A DNA stretch of 64,000 nucleotides from Mobula hypostoma (Eukaryota). Of this stretch, positions 1-11,970 are shown piece by piece (position 1 is the stretch's first letter; each line of letters opens with the position of its first letter). A program made the position numbers and the translations under genes. The notes below the pieces were generated by a model, which searched no databases, was not told where the DNA came from, and saw only the letters and a program-made list of their open reading frames with translations. The stretch is from positions 18,228,001 through 18,292,000 of the forward strand of contig NC_086108.1 in the NCBI RefSeq assembly GCF_963921235.1. Reading direction: 5' to 3'.

Positions 1-361
1 AAGTTCGCCAAATACTAAGAAGGTCAATATTGAGAAGACAAGCAACGGAAGAGGAACAACATCAATGTTTTAGATTGAGAACCTCTTCAGATTTGAAAAA
101 AGAAAACAAAGAAACAGCTAGAGGGAGAATAGTGGAGGGGCTATCTCTGATAGGGTAAAACCGGTTTACCATGGAAATAAGCTGTAAATAGGCTTAGCTG
201 GTGCATGGGAGCAGTTAGAGAGTGGTGAACACAGACAGAGGAATGAGTGTGGGAATGTGGGAGGTGGGAAATGCAGAACAGAGAGATGTGTCCAGCAGAT
301 CAGGTTGGGCATTTCCTCTGCTCTGGCAAGTGGAGGGGTTGTTGGGTTAAGGGTTGGGAGG

Positions 362-439
362 GATAAAGAAAAAGCTAATATTTACTTATTTATTTAGTGA
401 TAAAGAAAAAGCTAATATTTACTTATTTATTTAGTGATA
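362..439. repeat. 37-bp exact tandem duplication
   Basis: GATAAAGAAAAAGCTAATATTTACTTATTTATTTAGT at 362-398 and 399-435. Confidence 0.9.
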
Positions 440-1770
440 CAGCCCTTCTGGCTCTTTGAGCTTTGCTCCCCAGCAACCCCCTGACAACCCCTAACCTAAT
501 CATGAGACAATTTACAATGACCAATGAACCTACCCAGTACATCTTTGGACTGGGGGAAGAAACTGGAGCGCCCAGGGAAAATCCACGCAGTGCATGGGGA
601 GGATGGACAGAGTCTCCTTAGTAGTGGTCGCCAACCAGTCGATGTTTGAGACTTTCCCAGTAGATCCCAAAAAATGATAAATAAATACACAAATACTGTT
701 GTAATGTGAGCATTATAAATATAAGTAATACTAATTAGGATAATGGTAATATAGCAATACTCCCGCTACTGAAAACTGTTTGTAAAGAGAGATTGTTTCC
801 AGGTTGCGGGGTTTTAGTTCCGTTATTTCTGCCCAGTACATGTGTGTATAGCTCCTCCGCCATGCGCCGCAGTAGAAAAGACCGAAAGTAAAACTCCACA
901 ACCCGGAAGCAACCTCTCTCTACAAACAACTTTCTGTAGCGGGAATATTGTTATATCACCATTATCCTGATTTGTGTTAACTTATCTTTAAAATGCTCAC
1001 GTTACAACACTTCTCCCCCTTTAAATTCCAACATTTCCCAAATGTAAATAACTGGGAAACAAAAAAACAGTGGTGTCATTATCTTGCGTGCCCCTGAAAC
1101 TTATACTAGTGTCTCAGTAACAGCTTACCAATACAAAACCCCTGAAAAACGTGGCAGATTCAACATTCAGTCTAACAAAGGAAACTGTCCATGCAAATAT
1201 TCAGTCTGTCAGGAGGTTTGCGAGGGCAATGTGCTGCAACAGATGAAAATGATGAAATCTAAGTACAGGAGCTATCTTACTGTCAGACACCTCACAGACT
1301 GTCTGAGACTGGCTGTCTGTAGCTATGAGCCAAACTTCAGGGAACTGGCAGAAAGTATTTAGCCCCAGTCATCACACTGAGTGCAACAGTCAATTTTTAT
1401 TCATTTATTTTTCGTGTTGAAATAAAATCAAATAATGAAACATAGACTTAAAGGTGTTGTAATGTCAGTATTATAAAAATAAGTAATACTAATTAAGATA
1501 ATGGTAATATAGCAATACTCCCGCTATGGAAAGCTATTTGTAAAGAGAGATTGTTTCCGGGTTGCGGGGTTTTACTTCCGGTCTTTTCTGCCCGGTGCAC
1601 ATGTGTGTGACTAAACGATTTAGTAGGTCGATCTTGCCTTTCACTAAGGCCGAGGTAGGGGATCTTGGGCTTAAAAGGTTGGCGACCACTACCATACAGA
1701 ATGGAACCATAATTGAACTCTGAACTCCGGAACGCCCCAAGCTGTAATAGCATTGCGCTAACTGCTACAT
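415..1770 (-). mobile_element. tRNA-derived SINE (HE1-like), split by the hAT element
   Basis: The left part (TTTATTTAG tail, CTAACCTAATC...AACTGGAGCGCCCAGGGAAAATCCACGCAG) and the right part (AATTGAACTC...GCGCTAACTGCTAC) read as one antisense SINE. The 3' part is also found at 3530-3665. Confidence 0.7.
622..1691 (+). mobile_element. Non-autonomous hAT (Charlie/Buster/SPIN-like) DNA transposon with transposase C-terminal relic
   Basis: Perfect terminal inverted repeats GTAGTGGTCGCCAACC (621-636) and GGTTGGCGACCACTAC (1677-1692). The end of ORF 1084-1362, QMKMMKSKYRSYLTVRHLTDCLRLAVCSYEPNFRELAESI*PQSSH, resembles the hAT C-terminal dimerisation region. The TSD is degenerate (CTCCTTAG / CCATACAG). 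Confidence 0.88.
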
Positions 1771-1924
1771 TACTGAGTCACCCAATATCACAGGTGAACA
1801 AACATCAGGTTACCTGAAATTGTAGAGTTCGATACTTACTGCATTGGTCCTTACTGTAACAATGCAATAGACCAGAGACCAATAGTCAGAGTGGGATGGA
1901 GAATTAGTGTCAGACCCCCTCTCT

Positions 1925-1926
<2 letters not shown>

Positions 1927-1955
<29 letters not shown>
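1927..1955. repeat. (AC)n microsatellite
   Basis: Uninterrupted AC run. Confidence 0.95.
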
Positions 1956-1958
<3 letters not shown>

Positions 1959-2119
1959 GAATGCATCACACACAAATGGCCTTTGTAAATTTTTTCTCAT
2001 GTCACTGTGTATGCTTGGCGTTGTCTAATGTCAAATCTCACAACCTACATATAAAGTACACCTAGTGTAGAGTGCCCTCCTGCTTCAAATTATCCACGAT
2101 TGTCCCTGTACCAAAAAAT

Positions 2120-2970
2120 ACCAAGCTCTAATTTGCTAATTAAATTTGCTGATGACACAACATTGATTGGCCTTACCTCAAACAATAACGAGGTGGCCTA
2201 CAGGGAAGAAGTCAACTCTCTGACACAGTGGTGTCAAGAAAACAACCTCTTCCTCAATGTCGCAAAAACAAAGGAGCTGGTTGTGGATTACAGGAGGAAT
2301 GGAGACGGGCTAACCCCTATTGACATCAATGGATCTGGGGTTGAGAAGGTAAACAGCTTTAAATTCCTCGGCATCCAGATCACTAAGGACCTCAAGTGGT
2401 CTGTACACACCAGCAGCATGGTAAAAAAGGCACAACAATGCCTCTTTCACCTCAGATGGTTGAGGAAGTTTCATATGGGCCCCCAAATCCTCAGAACTTT
2501 CTACAGGGGCACAATTGAGAGCATCCTGACTGGCTACATCAGTGCCTGGTATGGGAACTGTACCTCCCTGAATCGCAGGACTCTGCAGAGAGTGGTGCAG
2601 ACAACCCAGCACATCTGTAGTTGTGAACTTCTCATGATTCAGGATATTTACAAGGACAGGTGTGTAAAAGGGGCCCGAAGGATCATTGGAGACCCGAGTC
2701 ACCCCAATCACAATGTATTCCAGCTGCTACCAGCCGAGAAACGGTACCGCAGAATAAAGCCATGATCAAAAGGCTCCGGGACAGCTTCTTCCACCAGGCC
2801 ATCAGACTGGTTAACTCAAGCTGATTTGAGTGTACTCTATATTACATTGACTGTTCTATTTATGATAAATTATTATAAAGTACGATGATTGCACATTGCA
2901 CATAAATGTAAAGATTTTTACTCCTCATGTATGTGAAGGATGTAAGAAATAAAGTCAATTCAATTCAATT
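2120..2970 (+). mobile_element. 5'-truncated Rex1/Babar-type LINE (RT C-terminal half plus 3' tail)
   Basis: ORF 2100-2765 contains KFADDTTLIGL...WCQENNLFLNVAKTKELVVDYRR...FKFLG...ESILT. The 3' end is AATAAAGTCAATTCAATTCAATT. Confidence 0.9.
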
Positions 2971-3089
2971 GATTTTCTCATCATGTTCCTGCCTGTGGCC
3001 CAAAAATTGTGATGGTGAGCTAAAGAAGTTTCCAAAGGCAGGAAGTCATGTGATGAAACCTTTGATACTACATCAAGGGCAGTACAGAA

Positions 3090-3400
3090 TTAGTGCTGCT
3101 GCCTCATAGCTACAGCAGACTGAATTTGATTCTGACCTCCAGTGCTGACAATGTGGAGTTTGCTTGCTCTTCCTGTGACAACATGAGCTCTCGTTTTCTC
3201 CCTTAACAAAGGTATGCTGCAGGTTAAGTTGCTGCAGTTGTAGGCAGGTGAGAAAAGACTCAAAGTGAGTGGATGGGCCAGAATTACGCAACTATAGGGA
3301 GAACAAGAATGGAATGGAGCTGATGGGTTTACTCTGCTGGGAGCATGGGTGCCAGAATACACTGAAGCTCAGTACAACCACTGTATAGGTTCTGTGTGGA
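3090..3400 (+). mobile_element. Degraded tRNA-derived SINE
   Basis: GCTGCTGCCTCA...TTTGATTCTGACCTC...TGTGGAGTTTGC; similar to the copies at 9455-9745 and 58700-58900. Confidence 0.55.
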
Positions 3401-4109
3401 TGGGCCACAGTCATCTCCGGCAACTGGGCACAGAGGGGCTAGGCCCTGTGTTGCCACCTCTCCTGCAATCATGGATGCATTGTCTGAGGAGGAAATTGTT
3501 ACATTGTACGAGAAAGAATTGGATTCATTTACTTATTTATCTAGTGATATGACGCAGTTTAGGCCCTTCTGGACCTTTGAGCCTTGCTGCTCCAGCCCCT
3601 GAAAACCCCAATTTGACGCTAACCTAATCATGGGACAGTTTACAATGAGCAATTAACCTACTGTACAATGAACAAAGAGAAAGAGAGGGCATGAGAATGT
3701 GGCACACGTATTCTCGCTACAGATGCTCCAGCAATTATTTTTTGTAGGGAAGGAGGGCTGTCACTTATACTTGCTGTGTAAATATTGAGCGTTGATTTTG
3801 AATTATTAAAAATAGTAAGTAGCTAAAATTTGTTTACTGTTATTGCTAGCTGTCTCATCTGTGAATGTAAACCAATGGATTCTGTTAAAGCAGAGCATGT
3901 TTCAGTATTCTTTGTGGTGTCAACTGAGTGCACAGTCAGATGTAGGGAGTGTTGGATTGTTCTCATTTTTGACTTTCTGATCGAGTTTCTTCACCCTGTA
4001 CTTTCCAAGTACAGTAGTAGAAAGTGTGATAATATGACCCTTGCAGTTCATTATACAAACAGCTACAATGACTTAACTTACAGTCAGCTGGTATTTAAAA
4101 AAAACACAA

Positions 4110-5000
4110 GGACAGAGATTTAAAGGTGAAAGAAGGCGTTTTATAGGGGATCAGAGGGGAACATTTTTTTATTACATAGAGTGATTGAAATCTGGAAGTC
4201 GCTGCCAGAGGAGATAGTGGAATCAGATATAATCATGGTGTTTAAGAGATATTTATACAGAGACTTAGGCAAAGGCTTAGAAGGACATGAATCTAATGTC
4301 CTAAACTGGATTAGTGCAGATGCACAGAAAGGTCAGCATGGACACTGTGGGTCAAAAATGCCTGTCTCTCTGCTGTATGATTCTGACTTGGAACTTGTGG
4401 TATCTGGCAATTAATCTATGATATAATAAATCTCAGAACAGCTCTCTTAAGTATTGAGCAAAATGGAGATCATAAAAAGTCACAAAGTAACCATACAAGC
4501 AAGCAGGGGTAAGTACCATTTACGTTAGTGTATGGATTGGGAGCTCAGAGATGTAGGAATATGGAGTCAATGAACAGACTTGACAAGGTCCCTTGATGAG
4601 ATATAGCAGCAAGTCACCTCTTGGTTTATTGGCAAAAGATGGAAACATACTGCAGATCAGGGAGTGAGTTATGGAGAGAGGTGGAGCTGGCTGGGGCTTT
4701 TATCATTGGATTGTCGGAGAATGTGGGGTGACCTGACAGAGGTGTATACCATTGTGAGGGCATAGATAAGTTCAGTCTTTTTTCCAGGGTTGGAGAATCA
4801 AGAATTAGAGGGCATAGGTTTACAGTGAGAGGGGAGAGATTTAATAGGAACCTGAGGGGCAAATTTTCTACCTGGAGAGTGGAACAAGCTGCCTGAGAAG
4901 TGGTCTATGGCAGATACAGTAACAATGTTTTAAAAAAGTACTTGGACAGATACATGGATAGGAAAGGTTTGGAAAGACATGGGCCAGATATTTAGATGGA
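4110..5000 (+). mobile_element. Two degraded CR1/HER1 LINE 3' fragments (~4110-4390 and ~4660-5000)
   Basis: ORF IWKSLPEEIVESDIIMVFKRYLYR and the motifs AGAATTAGAGGGCATAGGTTTA and CTGAGGGGCAAATTTT, homologous to the C-terminus of ORF 39129-40151. Confidence 0.7.
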
Positions 5001-5419
5001 TGTAACTGTTCTTTCCCTCTCCAGGAATTGTGGTGTACTTTCCCTCTGAATCAAAGAATTCCAGAGAATTTCACTTTAAACTGCTTCTTTTAGAGCATAT
5101 TACATTTAGACGGATTGTATTTAACTTACATTGTGAAAGTTCTGCAAACCTGTAGTGTGCACTGGAAAATGTTTGAAGTCTTTTCTTGAATAAACAAAGA
5201 CTTGCTCCCTTTATGTTTTGGTTGGCCTGAGGTGGCCAATGAGGCTAATTTAAACTGGCAGGTGAGTAAAGGAGCTTTCTAAGAACTGATTTCAGTGGTA
5301 TCCACTGGCTTAGTCAAATGGGTCATTTTTAATTGCACTCTGGATTTCAATTGGATGTGTGTCTATCACCAAACTTTCCCTGTAGTAGTACCCAGGGAAG
5401 GTTTACAACCAAAGATACT

Positions 5420-6960
5420 GAAAAGGACATCAGTAATCATACCTGTACCCAAGAAGAGCAGGATAAGCTGCCAATGAGTATTGCCCAGTAGCACTCACAT
5501 CTATTGTGATAAAGTTCTTAAAGAAGTTGGCCATCTGTAGAATTAACTCCTGCCTGAGCTAGGATCTGGAACAACTGCAATTTGCCTACCACCACAATAG
5601 GTCTACAGTAATTGTAATCTCAGTGGCACTCCGCTCAGTCTTGGACCATTGGTGATATCAGCAATATCTGCATCAATAAATTGAATTGACTTTATTTCTT
5701 ACATCCTTCACATAGATGATGAGTAAGAATCTTTACGTTTTGTCTCTAAATATGCAATGTGCAATCATAGTAATTTATAATAAATAGAACAAAAAATGTA
5801 ACATAGAAGTACACTCAAATCAGCGTGAGTTAATCAGTCTGATGGCCTGGTGGAAGAAGCTGTCCTGGAGCCTGTTGGTCCTGACTGTTTATTGATCACC
5901 ATTCATCACCATCATACCCTCAGTACTAATCAACACGCTTCAGAACCTGGGCCTCTGTATCTCCCTCTGCAACTCTATCCTTGACTTCCTTATTGGGAGA
6001 TGATAGTGCAGATTAGTAATAACATCTCCTCCTTGCTGAAAATCACCACAAGCACATTACAAGGATGCGTGCTTAGCCTGCTGCTCTACTCTCCCTACAC
6101 TCATTACTGTGTAGCTAGGCATAGCTCAAATGCCAGCTATAAATTTGCCGATGATACAGGAGTTGTCAGCAGAATCTCAGATGGTGGTGAAAAGACATAC
6201 AGGAATGAGATAGATTGACTGGTTGAGTGGTGTCACATCAACAACCTTGCACTCAACATCAGTAAGAATGAGGAATTGATTGTGGACGAGGAAGGGGAAG
6301 TCGAGGAACACACACCAGTCAATATTGAGGGATTAGAAGTGGAAAGAGTGAGCTGTTTCAAGTTCCTGGGGTGTAAATATTTGAGAGCTGTCCTGGGCCC
6401 AACATATTAATGTAATTATGAAGAACGCAAACCAGTGGCTATATTTAATTTGGAGTTTGAGGAGGTTTGGAATGTCACCAAAGACTAACAAATTTTGACA
6501 GGTGTAGAATGGAGAGCATTCTACTTGGTTGCATCACCGTCTGGTGTGGCGGGGTCACTGCACAGGACTGGAAAAAGCTGCAGGGACTCCGTTAGGTCCA
6601 TCATGGGTACTAGACTCCCTACCGTTGAGGAAATCTTTAAAAGGCGATGCTCAAGTATACAACATCCATCATTAAGGACCCCCTCCACCCAGGACGTGCC
6701 CTGTTCTCATTGCTACTATCAGGAAGCATGAAGACATACACCCAGTGTTTTAGGAACACCTCTGCCCTCAGATTTCTGAATGGTGCATGAGTACTACCTC
6801 ACTCTTTTGCTGTTTTGTACAACTTATTTTTTGTATATTTCTTCTTGTAACTTATAGTAATTTTTCTTTTAATTTTGCTCTGCAATGCTGCCACAAAACA
6901 ACAAATTTCATTACATTTGTCAGTGATAATAAGCCTGATTCTGATTCTGACAAGTGGGCT
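5420..6960 (+). mobile_element. Degraded Rex1/Babar LINE (RT), interrupted by a LINE tail at 5678-5883
   Basis: Fragments KRTSVIIPVPKK and QGCVLSLLLYSPYTHYCVA...YKFADDT; 3' tail AATAAGCCTGATTCTGATTCTGA. Confidence 0.85.
5678..5883 (-). mobile_element. Rex1-type LINE 3' end (same family as 2120-2970), antisense, nested
   Basis: Reverse complement of 2765-2970 (AATTGAATTGACTTTATTTCTTACATCCTTCACAT...GGTGGAAGAAGCTGTCC). Confidence 0.85.
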
Positions 6961-7259
6961 GGCAGTAAATTGGTCCCTTAAGCCATTGCCACAGTGTATC
7001 TGTACGCTGTGTCCCACTCATTGTCAACATTGCTGTGGCCGACACCACCACTTCCCCCAGCAACAGAATTCACCCACTGCCCTTCTCTGGAGTGGCTTAG
7101 CCTGATGATCTGAATTTCAACCAGACATGGGTACAATTATAATACACAGAATCAGCACTAACCACAGATCCCAGCAGTGTGGGATGTGACTGTGCAGAGA
7201 GTCTGAGGTGTCCCAGAGGGGTGGGATCCACCCCCAGAAAATGCCAGGCATCAGTGGAG

Positions 7260-7700
7260 TCATAAAACATAGAAGAGTAAGCACAGGAACAGACCCTTCA
7301 GCCCACAGTGTCTGTGCCAACCATAATGCTAATTTAAACTAATCACATCTAACAGCTCACGGTCCATATTTCTCCATTCCCTACCCATTCATGTTTCTAA
7401 CTAAATGCCTCTTAAACATTGCTACTGGATCTGCTTCAATTCCCTTGTCAGCTTATTTCAGAACATACCACTCGCTATGTAAATAAATAATAAAACTTGC
7501 CCCTTAAATCACTACTAAGCTTAACCCTTCTTCCCTCAAATATATGCCCTCTAGTATTTGGTGTTTCCATCCTGGGGGAAAATGACTGACTTTCTCCCCT
7601 TTCATAATTGTGTGTAGCTCTGTCAGGTGTCCACCCAGCCTCCAATGCTCCAGAGAAACAAGTTTGTCTTCCTTCTCCTTATAGGTTATATTCTTTAATG
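7260..7700 (-). mobile_element. Degraded CR1 3' fragment
   Basis: Antisense CR1 tail (ACAGACCCTTCAGCCCAC; TATGCCCTCTAGTATTTG); ORF YKEKEDKLVSLEHWRLGG. Confidence 0.65.
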
Positions 7701-8254
7701 CAAGCAGGATTTTTATTTCTCCCACAGATACCGGTTGTTGTTGGGATTACACCCAATTCCTCACCACTGGCTGGGCAGCAGCAGTGCAGGGTAGTGAGTG
7801 TTATTTGTGGGGAGAAGCAGAGGGAGAGGTGGAATTAGGAATCCTAGTTTATTTTTTGACTCTCTCTGCTTTGACCACTACACCCCTTTTCCACTCTACC
7901 CAGCACCTTCCATCAGAGGCTGAAGTGTCCAGGAGGTGGAAGTTTGAGGAGAAAAGGGAGCATTTGAGCTTCTGTGGGAAGTATCTGTCTGAACTTGTCT
8001 GGGATAGCTCTCTTTGTCTCAGCTCAAGAGTCTTCCAGATGCCACTTAATTTTCAGTGACTTGCTTAATTATGGTAATTGAGGATTAATTACCATTAATT
8101 ATTTGCTCATCGCAAGTCAAAGAATTAAGCCTTATGAGAACTGCCAGAGAGACAAACATTAGCTCACAAGCAGCTGGCAGGCCCGTTCATTCTGCTAGAC
8201 AGCTACAACTGCCCTGGCCTGTCTCAATCTTTTCGACTCTTCAGGAGATGAGAG

Positions 8255-8780
8255 ACCATAGATACTGGAGTCTGGAGCAAAGAGCAATGGATTAGGCAGC
8301 ATCTGTGGAGCCAATGTTTCGGGTCAAGGCCCTTCATCTGGATGGAAAGTTAGAGGGGGTGATGGTTGTATAATGAGGCAAAGTGAAGGGGTGGCAAGCG
8401 ATAGGTGAATCCAGGTGAGGAGCGGTGATAGGCCTTGAGGAGGGAGGAGTGGAAATAGCGACAGAGGCTGGGAGGTAATGGATGGAAGTGACAAAGGCCT
8501 GCAGGTGATCAAATGTGATGGATGAGGAAGGTGGATCATGTGGGATGAGTGGGGTAAGGGGTAGGAGCCCAGTGGGAGTAGGGTGTGGGTGATGGGGAGA
8601 TGGAGAAGGCGATGGGGGCTGGAAAATATGTAGGAGGAACTAGGTGGTAGCTCAGGAGGAGAGAGAAAGGTTAGATGGGGAACAGTTTACTTGAAATTGG
8701 GGAATTCAGTATTTATCCTATTGGGTCGTAGACCATCCAAGGGGAATGTGAGGTGCTTTTCCTCTAGTTTTCATTTAGTG
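8255..8780 (-). mobile_element. Penelope-like element fragment
   Basis: GGCAGCATCTGTGG...AATGTTTCGGGTCAAGGCCCTTCATC, a purine-rich tract, then TTACTTGAAATTGGGGAATTCA (antisense end of GIY-YIG); collinear with 43830-44250. Confidence 0.75.
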
Positions 8781-9049
8781 TTCTGCCCTTCTGTTGCATT
8801 CTAGGTGACTGGCACTCAGATCTCTTTAGGTTAGTCAGAAACTCCTCACCACAGGCCCACAGCAGGGAGTGAAAAACCATGTTGGTCTGACTAAAGGGAT
8901 AGCCATAATCTGTGCCATCTGATTGGCTACGTCAGTTCAGCCAATCAGACTCTTATATTCAGTAATAGTATGGTGTTCTATTTTGTATTATAATCTGGAG
9001 ACATACTGTACTCCCTACCTGAATGCCAGCTAGGTAACAGAGCGTTCAC

Positions 9050-9745
9050 TCTTAGGGTTGAATAGTTAAGAACTAGAGAGTTCCAGTTTAAGGTAAAGGG
9101 TGAGAGATTTATTGGGGAACTGATGAGCAACTTTTTCACTCAGCCAATGGTCAATAGATGCCAAAGGAAGTGATTGAGGCAGGTACATTAATGGTACAAT
9201 ACTGGGACAGGTAGCTGGACAGGAAAGATTTAAAGCAGGCAAATTGGACTAATTGAAATGGAAATCCTGGTTGACAGGGACCAGTTGGTCTGAAGGCCCT
9301 GTTTCCATGCTGTATCACTCTAGAGCAGACACTACCCATGGTTTTTGTGCCCAGGGTTTGGTACACGTCTTTTCCTTCTTACCTATATTTGCAACTGTAT
9401 ACTAATTGAATTAAATTTCCCCAGTTGTGCAGAAGTCCTGACTTAGTAAATAACAGTGGTGCAGCTGATCAAAACACTGCCTCACAGGTTTGATCCTGAG
9501 TTTAAGTGCTGTCTGTGTGGAGTCTACATATTCTCCCTTAGACCTTGTGGGATTCCTCTGAGTGCCCTGATTTCCTCGCACATTCCAGAGACGTGCAAGT
9601 ACATAGGTTAATTGGCTGCTGTAGATTGCCCCTTGAATTGTGTGAGTAAGGGGTGGAATATAAAGAAGTGAGATTAGAGTAAAAGAGTGTTTGATGGTTC
9701 ATGCAGAGTTGGTGGGCTGGAAAGCCTGCTTCTGCACTCTCAACC
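9050..9745 (+). mobile_element. CR1 3' fragment (~9050-9320) followed by a tRNA-derived SINE (~9455-9745)
   Basis: AAGAACTAGAG...TTTAAGG...CCCTGTTTCCATGCTGTAT, then GTGGTGCAGC...GGTTTGATCCTG...TGTGTGGAGT (A/B-box-like). Confidence 0.6.
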
Positions 9746-10529
9746 ACAAGAATGCCTTATTGAATACCTTTACCCGCAGCTTACATACAGCAAAACATTT
9801 AATACTATGACACCCACTCTCTCTCTCTCTCTCTCTCTCTATTCCTTTATACTGCAAACTGAACCCTGCGTATACACAATCATTTTCAGGGGTCAATCTT
9901 CCAACAACCCAGTGTAGCATGACTTCCAGTGACCAATTATGTCACCTTTCCTGACTCCCATCTGAGTTTCAGTTGCTCACTTGCCAATATCTGCCAGTAA
10001 CTGAATGTCTGCACATGGTCTTCTGTACCTGTATCCCTCCACATCCTGCCAATTCATGTTCCTGTTCAAATGCTTCTTAAATGTTGCTGTCATATCTGTT
10101 TCCACCACTTACTCTGGCAGCTTCCATTATGTGATTGTGTTCATCTAAAAATACTTGCACATCTCCTTTAAACTTTTCTTCTCTCATCTTAGAGATTTAC
10201 CCTTTACTATTTGATATTTCCACCCTGGGGAAGCAATACTATATAGCTCTCACGCTTTTATATTCTTCTATCAACCTCTGAAAATAAAACCTATTAACAG
10301 CTAAATTTGCAACTTCTCCTCTGAAATATCTCCACATTATGTACTCCCTTTGTTTCCCAAGGCCTGAACACAGTCTTAAACTGTCTGGCATCTGTGCCAG
10401 CTGTTTGATATAAGTTTCATAAGTTACAATTTTGAATTAGATAGAAGGTGGTCTAAAACAATGTCAGGAGTTGCAATGGGGTGCAAATTTCTACAGATAT
10501 ATGGCAGAGAGTACGCACCAGATTCCAAA

Positions 10530-10860
10530 TGGCTGCTGAGCGTTGTAGACTGGCCAGGCCCGCCAAGGCCGCAACCCTTGCCATCATCAATAGGCAGTGC
10601 CTCATTAAAGATCCTCAGTACTTACTACATGCCCACTTCTCATTACTACACCAGGCTGGAGGAATAAGAGTCTGAAGACCCACACTCAATGATTCAGAAA
10701 CAGCTTCTTCTCCACCATTAGGTTTCTGAAAGGTCCATGAGCACTATCTCATTATTCCTTTGCACGTTTATTTGAAATTTACTGTAATTTTATGTCTTGC
10801 TCCCACAAGACAACAAATTTCACATCTTACAAGAAGTGATAATATTCCTGATTCAGGTCC
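10530..10860 (+). mobile_element. Rex1/Babar LINE 3' fragment
   Basis: IKDP..HAHFSLL, AAACAGCTTCTTCTCC, tail ACAACAAATTTCAC...CCTGATTC. Confidence 0.65.
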
Positions 10861-11100
10861 TTCAGACACACCGCAGCTTCTAAATTGTAAGCCTCTCTGC
10901 CTCTTTCCTCAGCTGATGTATTCAGTCTATTTTTTGAACTCAACAGCTTTTGGCTATTAGCATTTCAAATGCTTCTGGTGTGAAGCCAGACATACAGAAC
11001 CTATATTTATAACTATATTGTGAATGTCATACATTTGCAACAAGTCAAAACTACAGAAGATCAAAGAAGAAGTGATATGGTCAAACTTTAGCTAATATGT

Positions 11101-11507
11101 CTTTCTCTCCTCCATATTTCTCTCCCTTCCCCCGCCCTTAACTCTGCCCATCTTCTCTCCCCTCCCCTCTCCTTCCCCACCTCTCTCCCTCATCTGCCCT
11201 CTTCCCCTTTTCTATCCCCTCTCCCCTTACCTTCTCCTTGTCCCAATTTACCACTCTTCCCCCTCTTCACCTCTCTCCCCCTTGCCTGTCTTCCCCCTCT
11301 CTCCCCCTCCCTTCTCACTCTCTCCCCCTCCCCTCCATCTCTCCCTCCCTCCTCTCCCCTACCACCTCTCTCCCCTCCCCGCTCACTCCCTCTCTCCCCT
11401 CTCTCTCCTCCCCTCTCCCCCTCTCCTTCCCTTCTCCTCCACTACCTTCCCACTCTCCCCTCAGCACCCTCTCCCCTCCCCTTTCTCTCCCCTCTTCCCC
11501 TTTCCCT
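11101..11507. repeat. ~400-bp polypyrimidine (C/T) low-complexity tract
   Basis: Almost exclusively C and T on the plus strand (CTCTCCCCT-like units). Confidence 0.92.
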
Positions 11508-11684
11508 AGATATATAACTATATCTGTCAACTTAGTTAGTCAAGAACATTCCACAATCAATGTGAAGATCATTAACAGCAGGATACATTCTCATGGCACC
11601 ATTATGGCAGTAAAATACCAACAATAAATTGCTGATGCTCAAAGTCTGAAACAAAACTAGAAAACACTGGAATAGGCAGGGAGG

Positions 11685-11970
11685 TTAAGGGACAGGGAGG
11701 CAAAAAACACAGAGCATAGAGGTTGAAGGTGAGAGGAGAAACTTTGAAAAGAATCCTGAGTGAGCAACCTTTTTATGTGGAGTGTAGTACCTATATGGAA
11801 CAGACAGACAATGCATGTATATGAACCACATTAAAAAAGAACATTAGGATAAGCACACTGATAGGAAAAGTTTAGAGGGATCTGTGGCAACACAAACAAA
11901 TGGGACAAGCTCAGGTGGGTACCTTGGTTGGCATGGATGAGCTGCCATGAAGGGTTGTTTCCATTTTGTA
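11685..11970 (+). mobile_element. CR1 3' fragment directly upstream of the array
   Basis: AGAGCATAGAGGTTGAAGGTGAGAGG...GGTTGGCATGGATGAG...GTTTCCAT. Confidence 0.65.

Larger units (their letters stand above)
20..1915 (-). mobile_element. Degraded Penelope-like element (pieces ~20-360 and ~1795-1915), host of the SINE/hAT insertions
   Basis: The reverse complement of 1810-1835 encodes IELYNFR*, matching the GIY-YIG C-terminus GMNIEFSNFR* at 44158. Positions 60-360 resemble the purine-rich 3' region of the copies at 8310-8700 and 43860-44160. Confidence 0.55.

Noticed and set aside
11238..11627. Pro/Ser/Leu-rich ORFs
   Set aside because: They are translations of the C/T low-complexity tract.
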